From: an uncultured Desulfobacterales bacterium
GTDB lineage: Bacteria > Desulfobacterota > Desulfobacteria > Desulfobacterales > Desulfobacteraceae
Assembly (NCBI GenBank): GCA_964425195.1
Contig: CAYRLG010000009.1
Span: 67,891 to 99,890, forward strand
Length of the DNA: 32,000 bases
Reading direction: 5' to 3'
Shown here: in pieces, positions 1 to 9,400 of the stretch
Numbering within the stretch: position 1 is the stretch's first letter
Layout: the number at the start of each line of letters is the position of its first letter
Position numbers and translations under genes: made by a program
The notes under the pieces: model-generated
Databases searched by the model: none
What the model saw: only the letters and a program-made list of their open reading frames with translations
What the model was told of the DNA's origin: nothing

Positions 1-297
1 AAACTTTTTTCAATGCCTGCAAACCTTGGTGCTGTAAAATCTATGATAATCTCCTCATTTCTCCATCTTCTTACCTTTATTTTTCTTTTAAGTATGCACT
101 TTTCTTATGGGATGCACCCCATATTTTTTCTTTTCTTGATTGCAATTGGTCTGCTTCTGATTGCAGAGCATTGTATCGTAAGACCTGATAATCTTGAAAA
201 AATTGATATTGCATTTTTCAATATTAATAGCCTTATTTCTGTTCTTCTTTTTGTCGGTGTAGTTGTAGAGGCAGGTTTTAGATATATAGTGTCATAG
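1..297 (+). CDS. UbiA-family prenyltransferase-like membrane protein, C-terminal fragment (5' end lies upstream of window)
   Basis: Frame 1 is open from base 1 (KLFS precedes the first Met at 13), with the stop at 295-297. The tail is very hydrophobic and multi-TM. 'RPDNLEKIDIAFFNINSLISVLLFVG' resembles the conserved C-terminal '..C..AF..N...G...F.G' segment of 4-hydroxybenzoate polyprenyltransferase-type enzymes (recalled from E. coli UbiA). Confidence 0.45.
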   Translation, partial: KLFSMPANLGAVKSMIISSFLHLLTFIFLLSMHFSYGMHPIFFLFLIAIGLLLIAEHCIVRPDNLEKIDIAFFNINSLISVLLFVGVVVEAGFRYIVS

Positions 298-454
298 TAT
301 TACCTATCTATATCAACTATTTTTTTATCTCCGTCAAATTTCACACACTCTACGTTAGATATCTATCACTTCCTATAGATCAAATATTTATAACCTTTTT
401 CAATAATTCCATATTTAATTAAAATTATTTAATAGATAGTTGCAAACTAAGATA

Positions 455-470
455 TGGCATTTATCTTGCA
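455..470 (+). promoter_or_regulatory. sigma-54 (-24/-12) promoter candidate for the flgF operon
   Basis: TGGCAT-TTATC-TTGCA closely matches the RpoN consensus TGGCAC-N5-TTGCW, with exact GG-N10-GC spacing. It sits ~130 nt upstream of the flgF ATG in a 300-nt intergenic region. Confidence 0.6.
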
Positions 471-600
471 TGAATTACCGTAAAAGCCTAAGCGGGGGGA
501 GCAATATATAATTTTTTAGATATAACCAATATCTTTCAACTATATTATCTCAAGATTTGTATGGATATTTTAAAGCTAAATTATCAAAAGGCAGGATACA

Positions 601-1281
601 ATGATTCTTCAGATGACACGACCAGTACAAGGAGGATTGAGGCAGGAGAGAATACTTGAAGCTACCTCTAACCACCTTGCCAATGCAGATACTATAGGAT
701 TTAAAAAAGATGTTGTCAGTTTTGACAAGATGTTCAAGGCTCAGTTGAATACTGATTTTAGTCAAGGTCATCTTAAGACAACGGACAACAAATTAGATGT
801 GGCTCTTGGAGATGAGGGTTTTTTTAAAATAGATACTCCAGATGGTATCCAATATACCAGAGATGGAAATTTTAACCTCAACAATCAAGGCGTTTTAGTA
901 AATCAACATGGCTATCCTGTTCAAGGAGCAAATGGAGATATTACAATAAACGGGCAGAGAGTTGAGATTAATGAGGCTGGAGAGATATGGGTTGATGGTG
1001 TGTTGGTAGATAATTTTGAAGTTGTTACTTTTGAAGATTTGACTAAGTTAGATAAAAAAGGGGGTGACCTCTTTATTTATAATGGCGACCCTGCTGACGA
1101 GCAGCAGCCTGAAAGAGTCTTAGTAAAGCAGGGGGCACTTGAAAATTCTAACATCTCAGTTGTTGACGAGATGGTTGGAATGGTTGACCACCACAGAATG
1201 TATGAAACATATCAGAAGATGATGCAGACCTTTGATGAGGTTGATGGCAAAACAGTTAATGAAGTGGGCAAACTGCAATAG
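601..1281 (+). CDS. flgF: flagellar basal-body rod protein FlgF
   Basis: 226 aa. Has the N-terminal rod-family motif 'SNHLANADTIGFKKD' and the C-terminal 'LENSNISVVDEMVGMVDHHRMYETYQKMM'. AGGA lies 5 nt upstream of the ATG. It is directly upstream of flgG, as is typical. Confidence 0.9.
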   Translation: MILQMTRPVQGGLRQERILEATSNHLANADTIGFKKDVVSFDKMFKAQLNTDFSQGHLKTTDNKLDVALGDEGFFKIDTPDGIQYTRDGNFNLNNQGVLVNQHGYPVQGANGDITINGQRVEINEAGEIWVDGVLVDNFEVVTFEDLTKLDKKGGDLFIYNGDPADEQQPERVLVKQGALENSNISVVDEMVGMVDHHRMYETYQKMMQTFDEVDGKTVNEVGKLQ

Positions 1282-1306
1282 TTTGATATATAAAAGGAGG
1301 TACAAT

Positions 1307-2089
1307 ATGATAAGAGCACTTTGGACAGCAGCAACTGGAATGAATTCTCAGCAGATTCAGACTGATGTTGTGGCAAATAACCTTGCTAACTCAAGTACTG
1401 CGGGCTTTAAAAAATCTCGGGCAAATTTTGAGGACTTGATGTATCAAACCATGCTTGTAGCTGGGGCAACAACACCGGGCGGAGGACAGGTTCCAACAGG
1501 AATTCAGATTGGTATGGGTGCAAAGCCTGCCGGAATACAGAAGATTTTTACTCAAGGAGATTATGTACAAACTGGAAATCATTTAGATATGGTTATTCAA
1601 GGAGATGGTTTCTTTAGGGTTTTACATGGTGATGAGGAGCTTTACACCAGAGCAGGTAATTTTACCCTTGATAGCGAGGGTTTTATTACAACAGCAGGTG
1701 GTGATAGATTACAGCCTGAAATTGCGATACCAGCAGAGGCAACCCTTATTACTCTTCAAGATAATGGTACACTTACTGTTCATGGTGCAAACGAAGAGAT
1801 ACTTGCTACAGAGCAGATTAATATCACTACCTTTATAAATCCTGCTGGACTATTTGCAGTGGGCGGCAATCTGTTTAGGGCAACTGAAGGCTCTGGAGAG
1901 GCAATAGAACAGGTGCCAGGAGAAAACGGATCAGGCACAGTTGCCAACAACTCCCTTGAGATGTCGAATGTAAGTGTTGTTGAGGAGATGGTAGGCATGA
2001 TTACGGGTCAAAGAGCCTATGAGGCGAACTCGAAATCCGTCCAAACAGCAGATGCTATGCTTGGTATTGCTAATGGATTAAAACGTTAA
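1307..2089 (+). CDS. flgG: flagellar basal-body distal rod protein FlgG
   Basis: 260 aa from ATG 1307, preceded by AAGGAGG (1294-1300). The ORF-track start at 1232 overlaps flgF and lacks an RBS. 'MIRALWTAATGMNSQQIQTDVVANNLANSSTAGFKKSR' and C-terminal 'LEMSNVSVVEEMVGMITGQRAYEANSKSVQTAD' are classic FlgG. Confidence 0.95.
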   Translation: MIRALWTAATGMNSQQIQTDVVANNLANSSTAGFKKSRANFEDLMYQTMLVAGATTPGGGQVPTGIQIGMGAKPAGIQKIFTQGDYVQTGNHLDMVIQGDGFFRVLHGDEELYTRAGNFTLDSEGFITTAGGDRLQPEIAIPAEATLITLQDNGTLTVHGANEEILATEQINITTFINPAGLFAVGGNLFRATEGSGEAIEQVPGENGSGTVANNSLEMSNVSVVEEMVGMITGQRAYEANSKSVQTADAMLGIANGLKR

Positions 2090-2155
2090 TGTTTAACCCG
2101 TTGTTGTATGTTTTGCATAAATAGCAAAAAAAGTGAAGCTGTGGAGGTGGCAGCC

Positions 2156-3226
2156 ATGAAATATCAAGTAGTTGTGTTTATTATTATAACTTCATTCTCT
2201 CTCTTTGTTCAGACAGATGTTCTTGCAAATGAGGCAAAAGAAGTTAGTTATAATACCGAAGAAGTTAATGACAATATAAGAGATGAAAATATAGCACCTG
2301 AAATTGTGATTGAGGTGAGAGAGTCTGTTCATGTAAATAAAAGAAAAGTCACTCTCGGAGAGATTGCAGATATAGAAGCAGCACCAATAATTAAGCGTCA
2401 ACTTGCTCTTATTGATATGGGTTTTGCACCAGCTCCTGGAAAAAGTAAAATTATTGATGGCAGACAGGTTGAATCAAAGATTAAATCAAATAAACTTTTC
2501 TATAAAAACAGGCAAAACTCAGCAAATTGGCAATCTTCTGACAATATAGCTATTCTTGTTCCTGAGAAAATTTATGTTGAAAGAGCAAGTCAAGAGATAT
2601 CTGAACATGACCTCAAATCTATTTATGAATCTTATATAACTGAGCGTTTGGCAGATAAAGATTTTGAAATAAGGGAGTTTTCAATAAGGGGTTTAGATAG
2701 CTTCTATCCTGAAGGAGAGATTGTTATATCGCCTCCAATAAGTAATTCCGGTGTGTTAAAGGGGCGAGTAAACATTTATGTAAAAGTTCAGGTTAATGGA
2801 AAAGATTATGGTCGAATCTCTCTTTCTGGTTGGGTTGATATTTTTGATGATGTTCTTTGTACCTCGAGATCCCTCACACGGGGAAAAGTGATTGAACTTA
2901 GTGATGTGCATGTTAAAAGATTCAATATTGCCAATCTTAGTGGAGAGTACTTTAGCTCAGTAGAGGATGTTGTAGGCAGAGTCCTTACCAGAAATGCACC
3001 TTCAAATAGAGCTATCACTCTAAATATGGTAGAAGATGCCGCACTTGTTAATAAAGGCGATAGAGTCAAAATAGTTGCAGCACGAGATAATCTTCGTCTT
3101 GTTACACTTGGAGTTCTTAAGAGCGATGGTAAAATGGGTGACACTGTTCAGGTTCAGAATTTAACATCCGGAAAGACTATAAATGCTATTGTTACTGGTA
3201 AAGAGAGCGTTAAGGTCTTTTATTAA
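2156..3226 (+). CDS. flgA: flagellar basal-body P-ring formation chaperone FlgA
   Basis: ATG 2156 follows GGAGGTGG (2143-2150) and gives a signal-peptide-like N-terminus, MKYQVVVFIIITSFSLFVQTDVLA. The C-terminal 'GDRVKIVAARDNLRLVTLGVLKSDGKMGDTVQVQNLTSGKTINAIV' is the FlgA/SAF-type tail. Position between flgG and flgH supports the call. At 356 aa it is longer than the ~220-aa enterobacterial protein. Confidence 0.85.
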   Translation: MKYQVVVFIIITSFSLFVQTDVLANEAKEVSYNTEEVNDNIRDENIAPEIVIEVRESVHVNKRKVTLGEIADIEAAPIIKRQLALIDMGFAPAPGKSKIIDGRQVESKIKSNKLFYKNRQNSANWQSSDNIAILVPEKIYVERASQEISEHDLKSIYESYITERLADKDFEIREFSIRGLDSFYPEGEIVISPPISNSGVLKGRVNIYVKVQVNGKDYGRISLSGWVDIFDDVLCTSRSLTRGKVIELSDVHVKRFNIANLSGEYFSSVEDVVGRVLTRNAPSNRAITLNMVEDAALVNKGDRVKIVAARDNLRLVTLGVLKSDGKMGDTVQVQNLTSGKTINAIVTGKESVKVFY

Positions 3227-3261
3227 ATATAGACTCTTCATTAAATTTTAAGGAGTAGATT

Positions 3262-4011
3262 ATGAAAAGATATTTAAACGTTCGCACTCGGTTTTTTAAC
3301 TTTTTACTTATGATAATATTTGGTTTCATGGCTTTGGAAGCTATCTCCGGCTGTGCATCAAAAAAGGATAATGAGGCTCTTCTTCCGCCCGGAATTTCAG
3401 ATCAGCCATCACTTCAGACAAAATATGAACCTCTTCCTCCATCTGAAGGGTCATTATGGACAGAGACAAGCGATCCCTTTTTTGAAGATACAAAGGCACG
3501 CCAGCCCGGTGACACCCTGATCGTTGATATTGTGGAGAATGCAAAATCAAGTATGGATGCAGCAACTGAAGCTGGAAGAACCAGCACAATGGATATTGGA
3601 GTTCCTAACTTTTTTGGTTACACAGAGCCTTTTGTTGCACTTGCCAATCCTACTAAAAGAGGTATGGTTGCAGATACTATGGTTGGGACAAAGTTTGATA
3701 ACTCTTTTAAAGGAGAGGCAAAAAGCAATAGAAATGGTCAAATTACAGCATCTATTGCAGCAAGAATTGTAGAAGTTTTACCAAATGGCAACTATGCTGT
3801 TTACGGAAAGCGTGCCATGAAGCTAAACCATGAGGTTCAGTATATTGTTGTATCAGGAATTGTGCGACCCGAAGACATTGGGGACAACAACAGAGTTCAA
3901 TCAACATATCTTGCAGATTCAAGAATTGAATATTTTGGTCAGGGTGTAATTGCCGATAAGCAGAAACAGGGTTGGGGAACTCGCCTGTTTGATAATCTGT
4001 GGCCGTTTTAA
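3262..4011 (+). CDS. flgH: flagellar L-ring lipoprotein FlgH
   Basis: Lipobox 'AISGCAS'. FlgH-typical 'GDTLIVDIVENAKSS', 'ITASIAARIVEVLPNGNYAVYGKR' and 'VVSGIVRPEDI'. AAGGAG RBS. Confidence 0.95.
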   Translation: MKRYLNVRTRFFNFLLMIIFGFMALEAISGCASKKDNEALLPPGISDQPSLQTKYEPLPPSEGSLWTETSDPFFEDTKARQPGDTLIVDIVENAKSSMDAATEAGRTSTMDIGVPNFFGYTEPFVALANPTKRGMVADTMVGTKFDNSFKGEAKSNRNGQITASIAARIVEVLPNGNYAVYGKRAMKLNHEVQYIVVSGIVRPEDIGDNNRVQSTYLADSRIEYFGQGVIADKQKQGWGTRLFDNLWPF

Positions 4012-4061
4012 AAATGGAGTGGATGAGTGGATTTTAAAAAATATAATTGGAGGTTCTTATT

Positions 4062-5180
4062 ATGCTAAAATATCTAAAACATTTTAACCTTACACTAACT
4101 ATTTTTATGCTGCTATTCTGCATCAGTATAAACTGTGTAGATGGTGCAAGAATCAAAGATATCGCAGCAATAAAGGGTATAAGAACCAACCAGTTAGTGG
4201 GATATGGTCTTATTATTGGTCTTGACGGCACTGGCGATAAATCAGGCACAGATTTTACAACTCAAGGTCTTGCAAACATGATGGAGCGTATGGGCATAAG
4301 TGTTGATAAAAACTCCCTAAAAGTCAAAAATATCGCAGCAGTTATGGTGACCGCCAATATTCCGCCGTTTGCAAGGATAGGAAATAAACTTGATGTTATA
4401 GCCTCATCAGTAGGAGATGCTAAAAGCCTTGCCGGCGGAACGCTTCTTTTAACTCCTCTTAAAGGTGTTGATGGAAAGGTTTATGCTTTAGCACAGGGTG
4501 CGGTTGCAATTGGTGGAGCTGGAGCAGGTGATGCGGGAGGCAGTAAACAAAAAAATCACCTTCAAGTGGCAAGAATTGCAAATGGTGCAACTGTAGAGCG
4601 TGAAATTCCAATGCAGTTAAATGGGAAACAGAACTTAACATTATCGCTTTTAAATCCTGATTTTACAACAGCAGTAAGGGTAGCAGACACCATCAACTCA
4701 TCAGTTGGCAAAGATGTTGCAAGGACTCTTGATTCAAGTGCTCTTCAACTAAATATTCCTGAAGAGATGCAGGCTGGTAAGGTAGCTCAGTTTATTGCTG
4801 ATATTGAATCTCTTGAGGTTATTCCAGATACAAAGGCAAAAGTTGTGGTAAATGAGAAGACAGGCACAGTTATTATTGGTGACAATGTAACTATATCTAC
4901 AGTTGCAGTAGCACACGGCAATCTTACAGTTACCATAAAAAAAGATATGGAGGTATCCCAGCCAGAGCCGTTTACAGATGGAGAGACGCTTGCACAAGAT
5001 CAGACTAATGTAGATATGGAAGAGCAGAAAGTCTCTTTAATGACTTTAGAGGGAGGCACGACAATTGGAGAGTTAGTAAGAGGTCTTAACTCAATTGGAG
5101 CAACACCAAGGGATATGATTACAATTTTACAGAGTATAAAAGCTGCTGGGGCTTTGCAGGCTGATCTTGAAATTATATAA
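4062..5180 (+). CDS. flgI: flagellar P-ring protein FlgI
   Basis: ATG 4062 lies 8 nt after GGAGG (4049-4053); the ORF-track start at 4047 is a TTG overlapping that Shine-Dalgarno sequence. 'RIKDIAAIKGIRTNQLVGYGLIIGLDGTGDK' and C-terminal 'LVRGLNSIGATPRDMITILQSIKAAGALQADLEII' are FlgI hallmarks. Confidence 0.95.
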   Translation: MLKYLKHFNLTLTIFMLLFCISINCVDGARIKDIAAIKGIRTNQLVGYGLIIGLDGTGDKSGTDFTTQGLANMMERMGISVDKNSLKVKNIAAVMVTANIPPFARIGNKLDVIASSVGDAKSLAGGTLLLTPLKGVDGKVYALAQGAVAIGGAGAGDAGGSKQKNHLQVARIANGATVEREIPMQLNGKQNLTLSLLNPDFTTAVRVADTINSSVGKDVARTLDSSALQLNIPEEMQAGKVAQFIADIESLEVIPDTKAKVVVNEKTGTVIIGDNVTISTVAVAHGNLTVTIKKDMEVSQPEPFTDGETLAQDQTNVDMEEQKVSLMTLEGGTTIGELVRGLNSIGATPRDMITILQSIKAAGALQADLEII

Positions 5181-5259
5181 CAGTCATGCCTTGACAGGTA
5201 GCACAACAAAAAATGAAAGCCTGTTAAGAGGCTTTCATATAAAATAAGGAGTCAAAAAG

Positions 5260-5580
5260 ATGGATATCTCTTTAAACAATAGAATTTATCAAAACAGTAT
5301 CAATCAATTGCCAGATAGCAATAGAGTTGATACTTTAAAGGCTAAAAAAGATGAGAAAGCTCTTAAAGAGGCTTGCCAAGGATTTGAAGAGATATTTATC
5401 AATACAATGTTAAAGACAATGAGATCAACTGTTCCGCAAGACGGAATTTGGGGCAAATCTCATGCTATGGATATTTATACCTCTTTAAGTGATCAATATT
5501 TAGCGGAAAAAATTTCCAAGGGGGAAAATTCTACTGGTATTGGAGAGTATCTTTACAGGCAGCTTCAAGAGTCTTTGTAG
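5260..5580 (+). CDS. flgJ: flagellar rod-binding protein (FlgJ N-terminal-domain-only type, no muramidase domain)
   Basis: 106 aa. 'ACQGFEEIFINTMLKTMRST' is the rod-binding-domain core. AAGGAG RBS. Position after flgI supports the call. Confidence 0.8.
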   Translation: MDISLNNRIYQNSINQLPDSNRVDTLKAKKDEKALKEACQGFEEIFINTMLKTMRSTVPQDGIWGKSHAMDIYTSLSDQYLAEKISKGENSTGIGEYLYRQLQESL

Positions 5581-5629
5581 CTGATTGTTTTGTTAATAAC
5601 TATTTGAAAATATGAATCATATCAAATGA

Positions 5630-5660
5630 GGGCAGCTATTTAGGCTGCCTTGTTTTTTTT
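5630..5660 (+). terminator. rho-independent terminator after flgJ
   Basis: GGCAGC (5631-5636) / GCTGCC (5644-5649) stem with a 7-nt loop, followed by TTGTTTTTTTT. Confidence 0.75.
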
Positions 5661-5661
5661 A

Positions 5662-5677
5662 TGGCATACCCGTTGCA
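5662..5677 (+). promoter_or_regulatory. sigma-54 (-24/-12) promoter candidate for flgN-flgK-flgL-csrA-fliW
   Basis: TGGCAT-ACCCG-TTGCA has exact GG-N10-GC spacing. It lies immediately after the flgJ terminator and 120 nt upstream of the flgN ATG. Confidence 0.55.
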
Positions 5678-5745
5678 CTATATTATAGCTAAAAGGTTAA
5701 AACAGTTCATAGAGGGAAAAATTTTCCTCTCACATTGTAGGAATT

Positions 5746-5771
5746 TAAGCAGGACATTTTAATGCCGATAA
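5746..5771 (+). promoter_or_regulatory. sigma-28 (FliA) promoter candidate
   Basis: Exact -10 box GCCGATAA at 5764-5771, with a partial -35 (TAAG, 5746-5749) 14 nt upstream (consensus TAAA-N15-GCCGATAA). The -10 box ends 25 nt before the flgN ATG, leaving room for the GGGAGAG RBS. Confidence 0.5.
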
Positions 5772-5796
5772 TATATAACAGCAGGGAGAGATTGCC

Positions 5797-6339
5797 ATGG
5801 AAACTACATTTGCATACAATATAGAAAAAGTTCTTCAGAAAAAACTTGCTATCTATACAGAACTGACTTCGCTTTTGGAAGCAGAGACAGATTATATAGT
5901 TAAAATGGATGTCAACTCCCTCTGGTCAGTTTCAACACGTAAAAAAGAGCTTGCATCTGATATTGAGAAAGTTAGAAACAGTATTATTTTTCTTCTTAAT
6001 GAGCAAGAAATTGATCATGGTATGGATATGAGAACATTCAATCTCGATAGTCTCATTAAAATTCTTCCTATCTCTGCAAAAGAGAGAGCAGGTCTTGAGA
6101 TGATAAAGATTGCCATTGAGGGAAAAAGAAACCAAATCAGACAGCTTGCATCTTCAAACAGAAAGTATATACAAGACTATTTAGGCGTGATTGACGGCGT
6201 AATATCAACGATAACAGGCAGTTCAAAAAATCAATCTTATGGCAGAAGAGGGCTTTCTGTTTCAACCACAGCCCCTTCATTTTACGGCACTAAATTTGGA
6301 AGAGGTGCTGCAACTTCTCTTATTTCAGCACGTGCGTAA
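5797..6339 (+). CDS. flgN: FlgN-like flagellar export chaperone
   Basis: 180 aa. The helical N-terminal ~140 aa ('LQKKLAIYTELTSLLEAETDYIVKMDVNSLWSVSTRKKELASDIEKVRNSI') has the FlgN-family pattern. It sits immediately upstream of its expected clients flgK/flgL. The assignment rests on pattern and synteny only. Confidence 0.55.
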   Translation: METTFAYNIEKVLQKKLAIYTELTSLLEAETDYIVKMDVNSLWSVSTRKKELASDIEKVRNSIIFLLNEQEIDHGMDMRTFNLDSLIKILPISAKERAGLEMIKIAIEGKRNQIRQLASSNRKYIQDYLGVIDGVISTITGSSKNQSYGRRGLSVSTTAPSFYGTKFGRGAATSLISARA

Positions 6340-6348
6340 ATATATAAA

Positions 6349-6400
6349 ATGAAACCTTATTAATTAAAAAAGCTCTATATCTACGAAGGTTTCATTTTTA
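6349..6400 (+). terminator. intercistronic hairpin / partial terminator between flgN and flgK
   Basis: Perfect 10-bp inverted repeat, ATGAAACCTT (6349-6358) / AAGGTTTCAT (6386-6395), followed by TTTTTA. The 27-nt loop is long for a canonical terminator. Confidence 0.45.
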
Positions 6401-6453
6401 GAAATATTTATAAATAAATTAAGCAGGTGCCAGCGTAAGATCGGAGGTATAAC

Positions 6454-9400
6454 ATGGGCGGAATCGGTTCTACACTTCAAATTGCAAAAGGGGCACTTGC
6501 TGCACAGCAGTATGGGTTGAATGTTACTGGTAATAATATAGCCAATGTAAATAACCCTGATTATAGCAGGCAAAATGTTGAGCAAGTCAATAATGGTCCA
6601 ATAAAATATGCAGGTTACCTATTCGGGACTGGTGTAAACTCCTCTCAAGTTACCCAAAGCGTCAACCAATTACTTGAAAATCGCCTTACATTAGAGAAAT
6701 CTTCCCTTTCTGGTTTTGAAGAGGCTGAATCTTACATAAAAATAATTACAGATCACTTTAATGAATCTTCTGATAACAGCATCAGCAATATATTGACGGA
6801 TTTTTGGAACTCTTGGAACGATCTTTCTAATAGTCCTGCTGACGACTCTGAACGTCTGATAATCTTAGAGAACGGTAAGGAACTATCTGAGCGGTTTAAC
6901 ATGGCATATAGCTATCTTGGGCAAGTTGAGACCGAGATAAACACAAAACTTGTTGATGCAGTTGATAGAATTAACAATATCACTGCTGATATTGCCAAGT
7001 TAAATGTAGATATTATGGGTCAAGAGACTCAAAGAACCTCAAATGATAAAAGAGACCAGAGAAATGCTCTAATTGATGAGCTTGGTAAATTGATTAATAT
7101 AAATGTATTTGAGCAGACAAGTGGTGCAGTTGCGATTAATGTCAATAACGGATTGCCCATTGTTAATGGTAATAGCACTTATAAACTTTCCGTAGAAGGA
7201 GAGGATATCAATTGGGTAGATTCTGCTGGTAAAAAGCAAGATATTACAGATATGATCACTGGCGGTCAAATTGGCGGATGGCTTGATATCCGTGATACAG
7301 TTATACCTAAATATCAACATGACATTGACGAACTTTCACACGAAATTATTTGGGCTATAAACTATCAGCACTCTCAAGGTGTTGGGCTTGAATATTTTTC
7401 TAATGGTCTTACTGGCGACTATTCGGTTGATAAGAGTGGCTGGCTTACAAGTTTGGGTTTTGGAGATAAGATTGACCATTCAAAAAATCTCACCATGTGG
7501 ATTGAAGATAAAACATCTGCCACTCCTGAATATTCAAAAATTGAGATGGATATGGGAGTCTCTGATGCAAAAATGTCTGGTTGGCAGGCTGGAGCAGATT
7601 TATCAACTCTTTATCCAGAAAAAGCTGTTTATAAATTTACGGTTATGGAGAGCGGCACAGCAAGCTATAACTTAGCTGCTGAAACTGGTGGTGTTGGTGC
7701 TAAAATTGGTGCTGTTCAATCAGGTGCCGGCACAGTTGCCGGCTTGATGCAAAATAATGCAATAGCCCCTATTGCTGCACAAACTCTCAAAATTACAGGT
7801 GGACCTTCTGGTGGAACTCAAAACATTGAGATTAAGTATGCTGGTGGCGATGCAAAGCAATCTGCCTCATCTATTGCAGAGGCTTTAAACAAAATTGAAG
7901 GGATAAATGCTAAAGCTGGTGAAAATAGTGCTGTTCTTAATGTAGCTGGTTTTGCCGCTGTTGCTGATGATGAGATAAGTTTTGGAATATATGTTGATGG
8001 TATAACACATTACGAAAAATTTACTTTTACTCCAGCATTAGGAGGAGTTAATGAGCATTTTGAAGATGCTTTTCGTGCTGCTGTTGAAGCTATCAACTCT
8101 AAATATGGTGATGATGATCTTAAACTTGAGTGGACTGTTGAGAGTGATGCAACCACTCAATTTAAACTTACAAGCAAATCAGGCAGAACAATTGGATTAC
8201 AAGATGTGACGACTAATGGTGGTGCTGGTGGTACTATTAGTTTTTCAGGCACAGCCGTTGGAGCTGGAGGTGCTGCGGTTGTAGCCAGTAAAGTAACTAT
8301 TGGAATTGAGAAAGGCATGGAACTTTCATCTAATGTTGCTGGAGCAAGTGGAGGACTTTTTAATGTAGCTGCAGACGTTATAGTAACACCTGTTAATAAC
8401 ATTTTACCTATTGATAAAAGCACTATAGCTTGGGAAAAATATGATATTAACGGAATATCAACTGGTGTGAAAGGGCTTATTGAGGTTGGGCTTATAGATT
8501 TAAATGGAGTGCCGATAGATCTCTTGGGAAATCCTATAACGGTTGAAGACTCAAGCGGAAATGAGCTTTTAATATTTAACCTCGCACCAGGAGAGCTTGT
8601 AGCCGGCAACACAATGAGCATAAATATAAATTATGATCCATTAACTAACCCGCTTCCCGAACCTAATCCTCTTGAATTTACGATAAAAGGCACTGCAAAC
8701 AGCCAGAATGATATTTATCAATTTAAAGTGGTTAATGATGACACTAAACAGTTCAACGATTTTGAATCTGGCACTATCGGAACGCCACTTGCTGCTGGAG
8801 ACCCTCCTATTACAATTGAGTGGAGTAATGGAACTAATTCGGGCAAATTTCAAATTAAAGAGCCTGTTCCGCCTTTAACTCCAGATACTCCGTATAATGT
8901 TGAAGTTGATGGAATGACCCTTCAATTTACAAAAGGGACTGTGTTTAAAAATGATGTTTTTACCATTACAACAGACAATTCAGGAAAACCAGTTTCAACT
9001 GATAAAAACGGGAAACCAACTGGTGAGTTTATGTCTGACTGGCACTGGACACTTGACTCATTTAAAAATCAGTTTAACAGAGATGCACAAGGAATGAAGG
9101 CAACTATTAATGGAAAAAATCAATTAGAACTGGCTACATCTAAAGATTATCATGTAATTAGTGAGTTATCATTTTCTAAAGACTCTGAAAAATATGGCTT
9201 TAGCAAAGAAAATATATCAATTGATGTAAAAGATTGGAGTGTAATAAATTTTAACGCTGACGATATTCAGTTTATTAGAAATGATGTTACTGGATGGAGA
9301 ATTTCGCATGATCCTACTGGAACTACGCAACTTATACCTGCTGTAGGAGGCGATGATGGATTCGGGGTTGATTTCAATGGCGATGACCTTGTAGATATTG

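Noticed and set aside
1232-1306. Upstream extension of the flgG ORF (ORF-track start at 1232)
   Set aside because: It overlaps the 3' end of flgF, has no RBS and encodes non-FlgG-like sequence. ATG 1307 has a perfect AAGGAGG and gives the canonical MIRALWTAATGM N-terminus.
5581-5796. Expected flgM (anti-sigma-28) between flgJ and flgN
   Set aside because: There is no ORF of suitable size in either strand of this 216-nt gap, and the 180-aa FlgN-like protein shows no FlgM-type C-terminal sigma-28-binding motif. flgM is presumably elsewhere.
6410-6445. GGTGCCAGCGTAAG upstream of flgK as a sigma-54 or sigma-28 element
   Set aside because: On the minus strand TGGCAC is present but is not followed by TTGC at the correct spacing, and it has the wrong orientation. 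On the plus strand it matches GCCGATAA poorly.
8157-8621. 154-aa minus-strand ORF inside flgK, with similar antisense ORFs at 2806-3144, 3341-3589, 7069-7320, 11650-11916 and 12001-12195
   Set aside because: All are antisense to confidently assigned flagellar genes. They have low-complexity Pro/Ser/Thr-rich translations, no RBS and no recognisable motifs, so they are most simply chance open frames.
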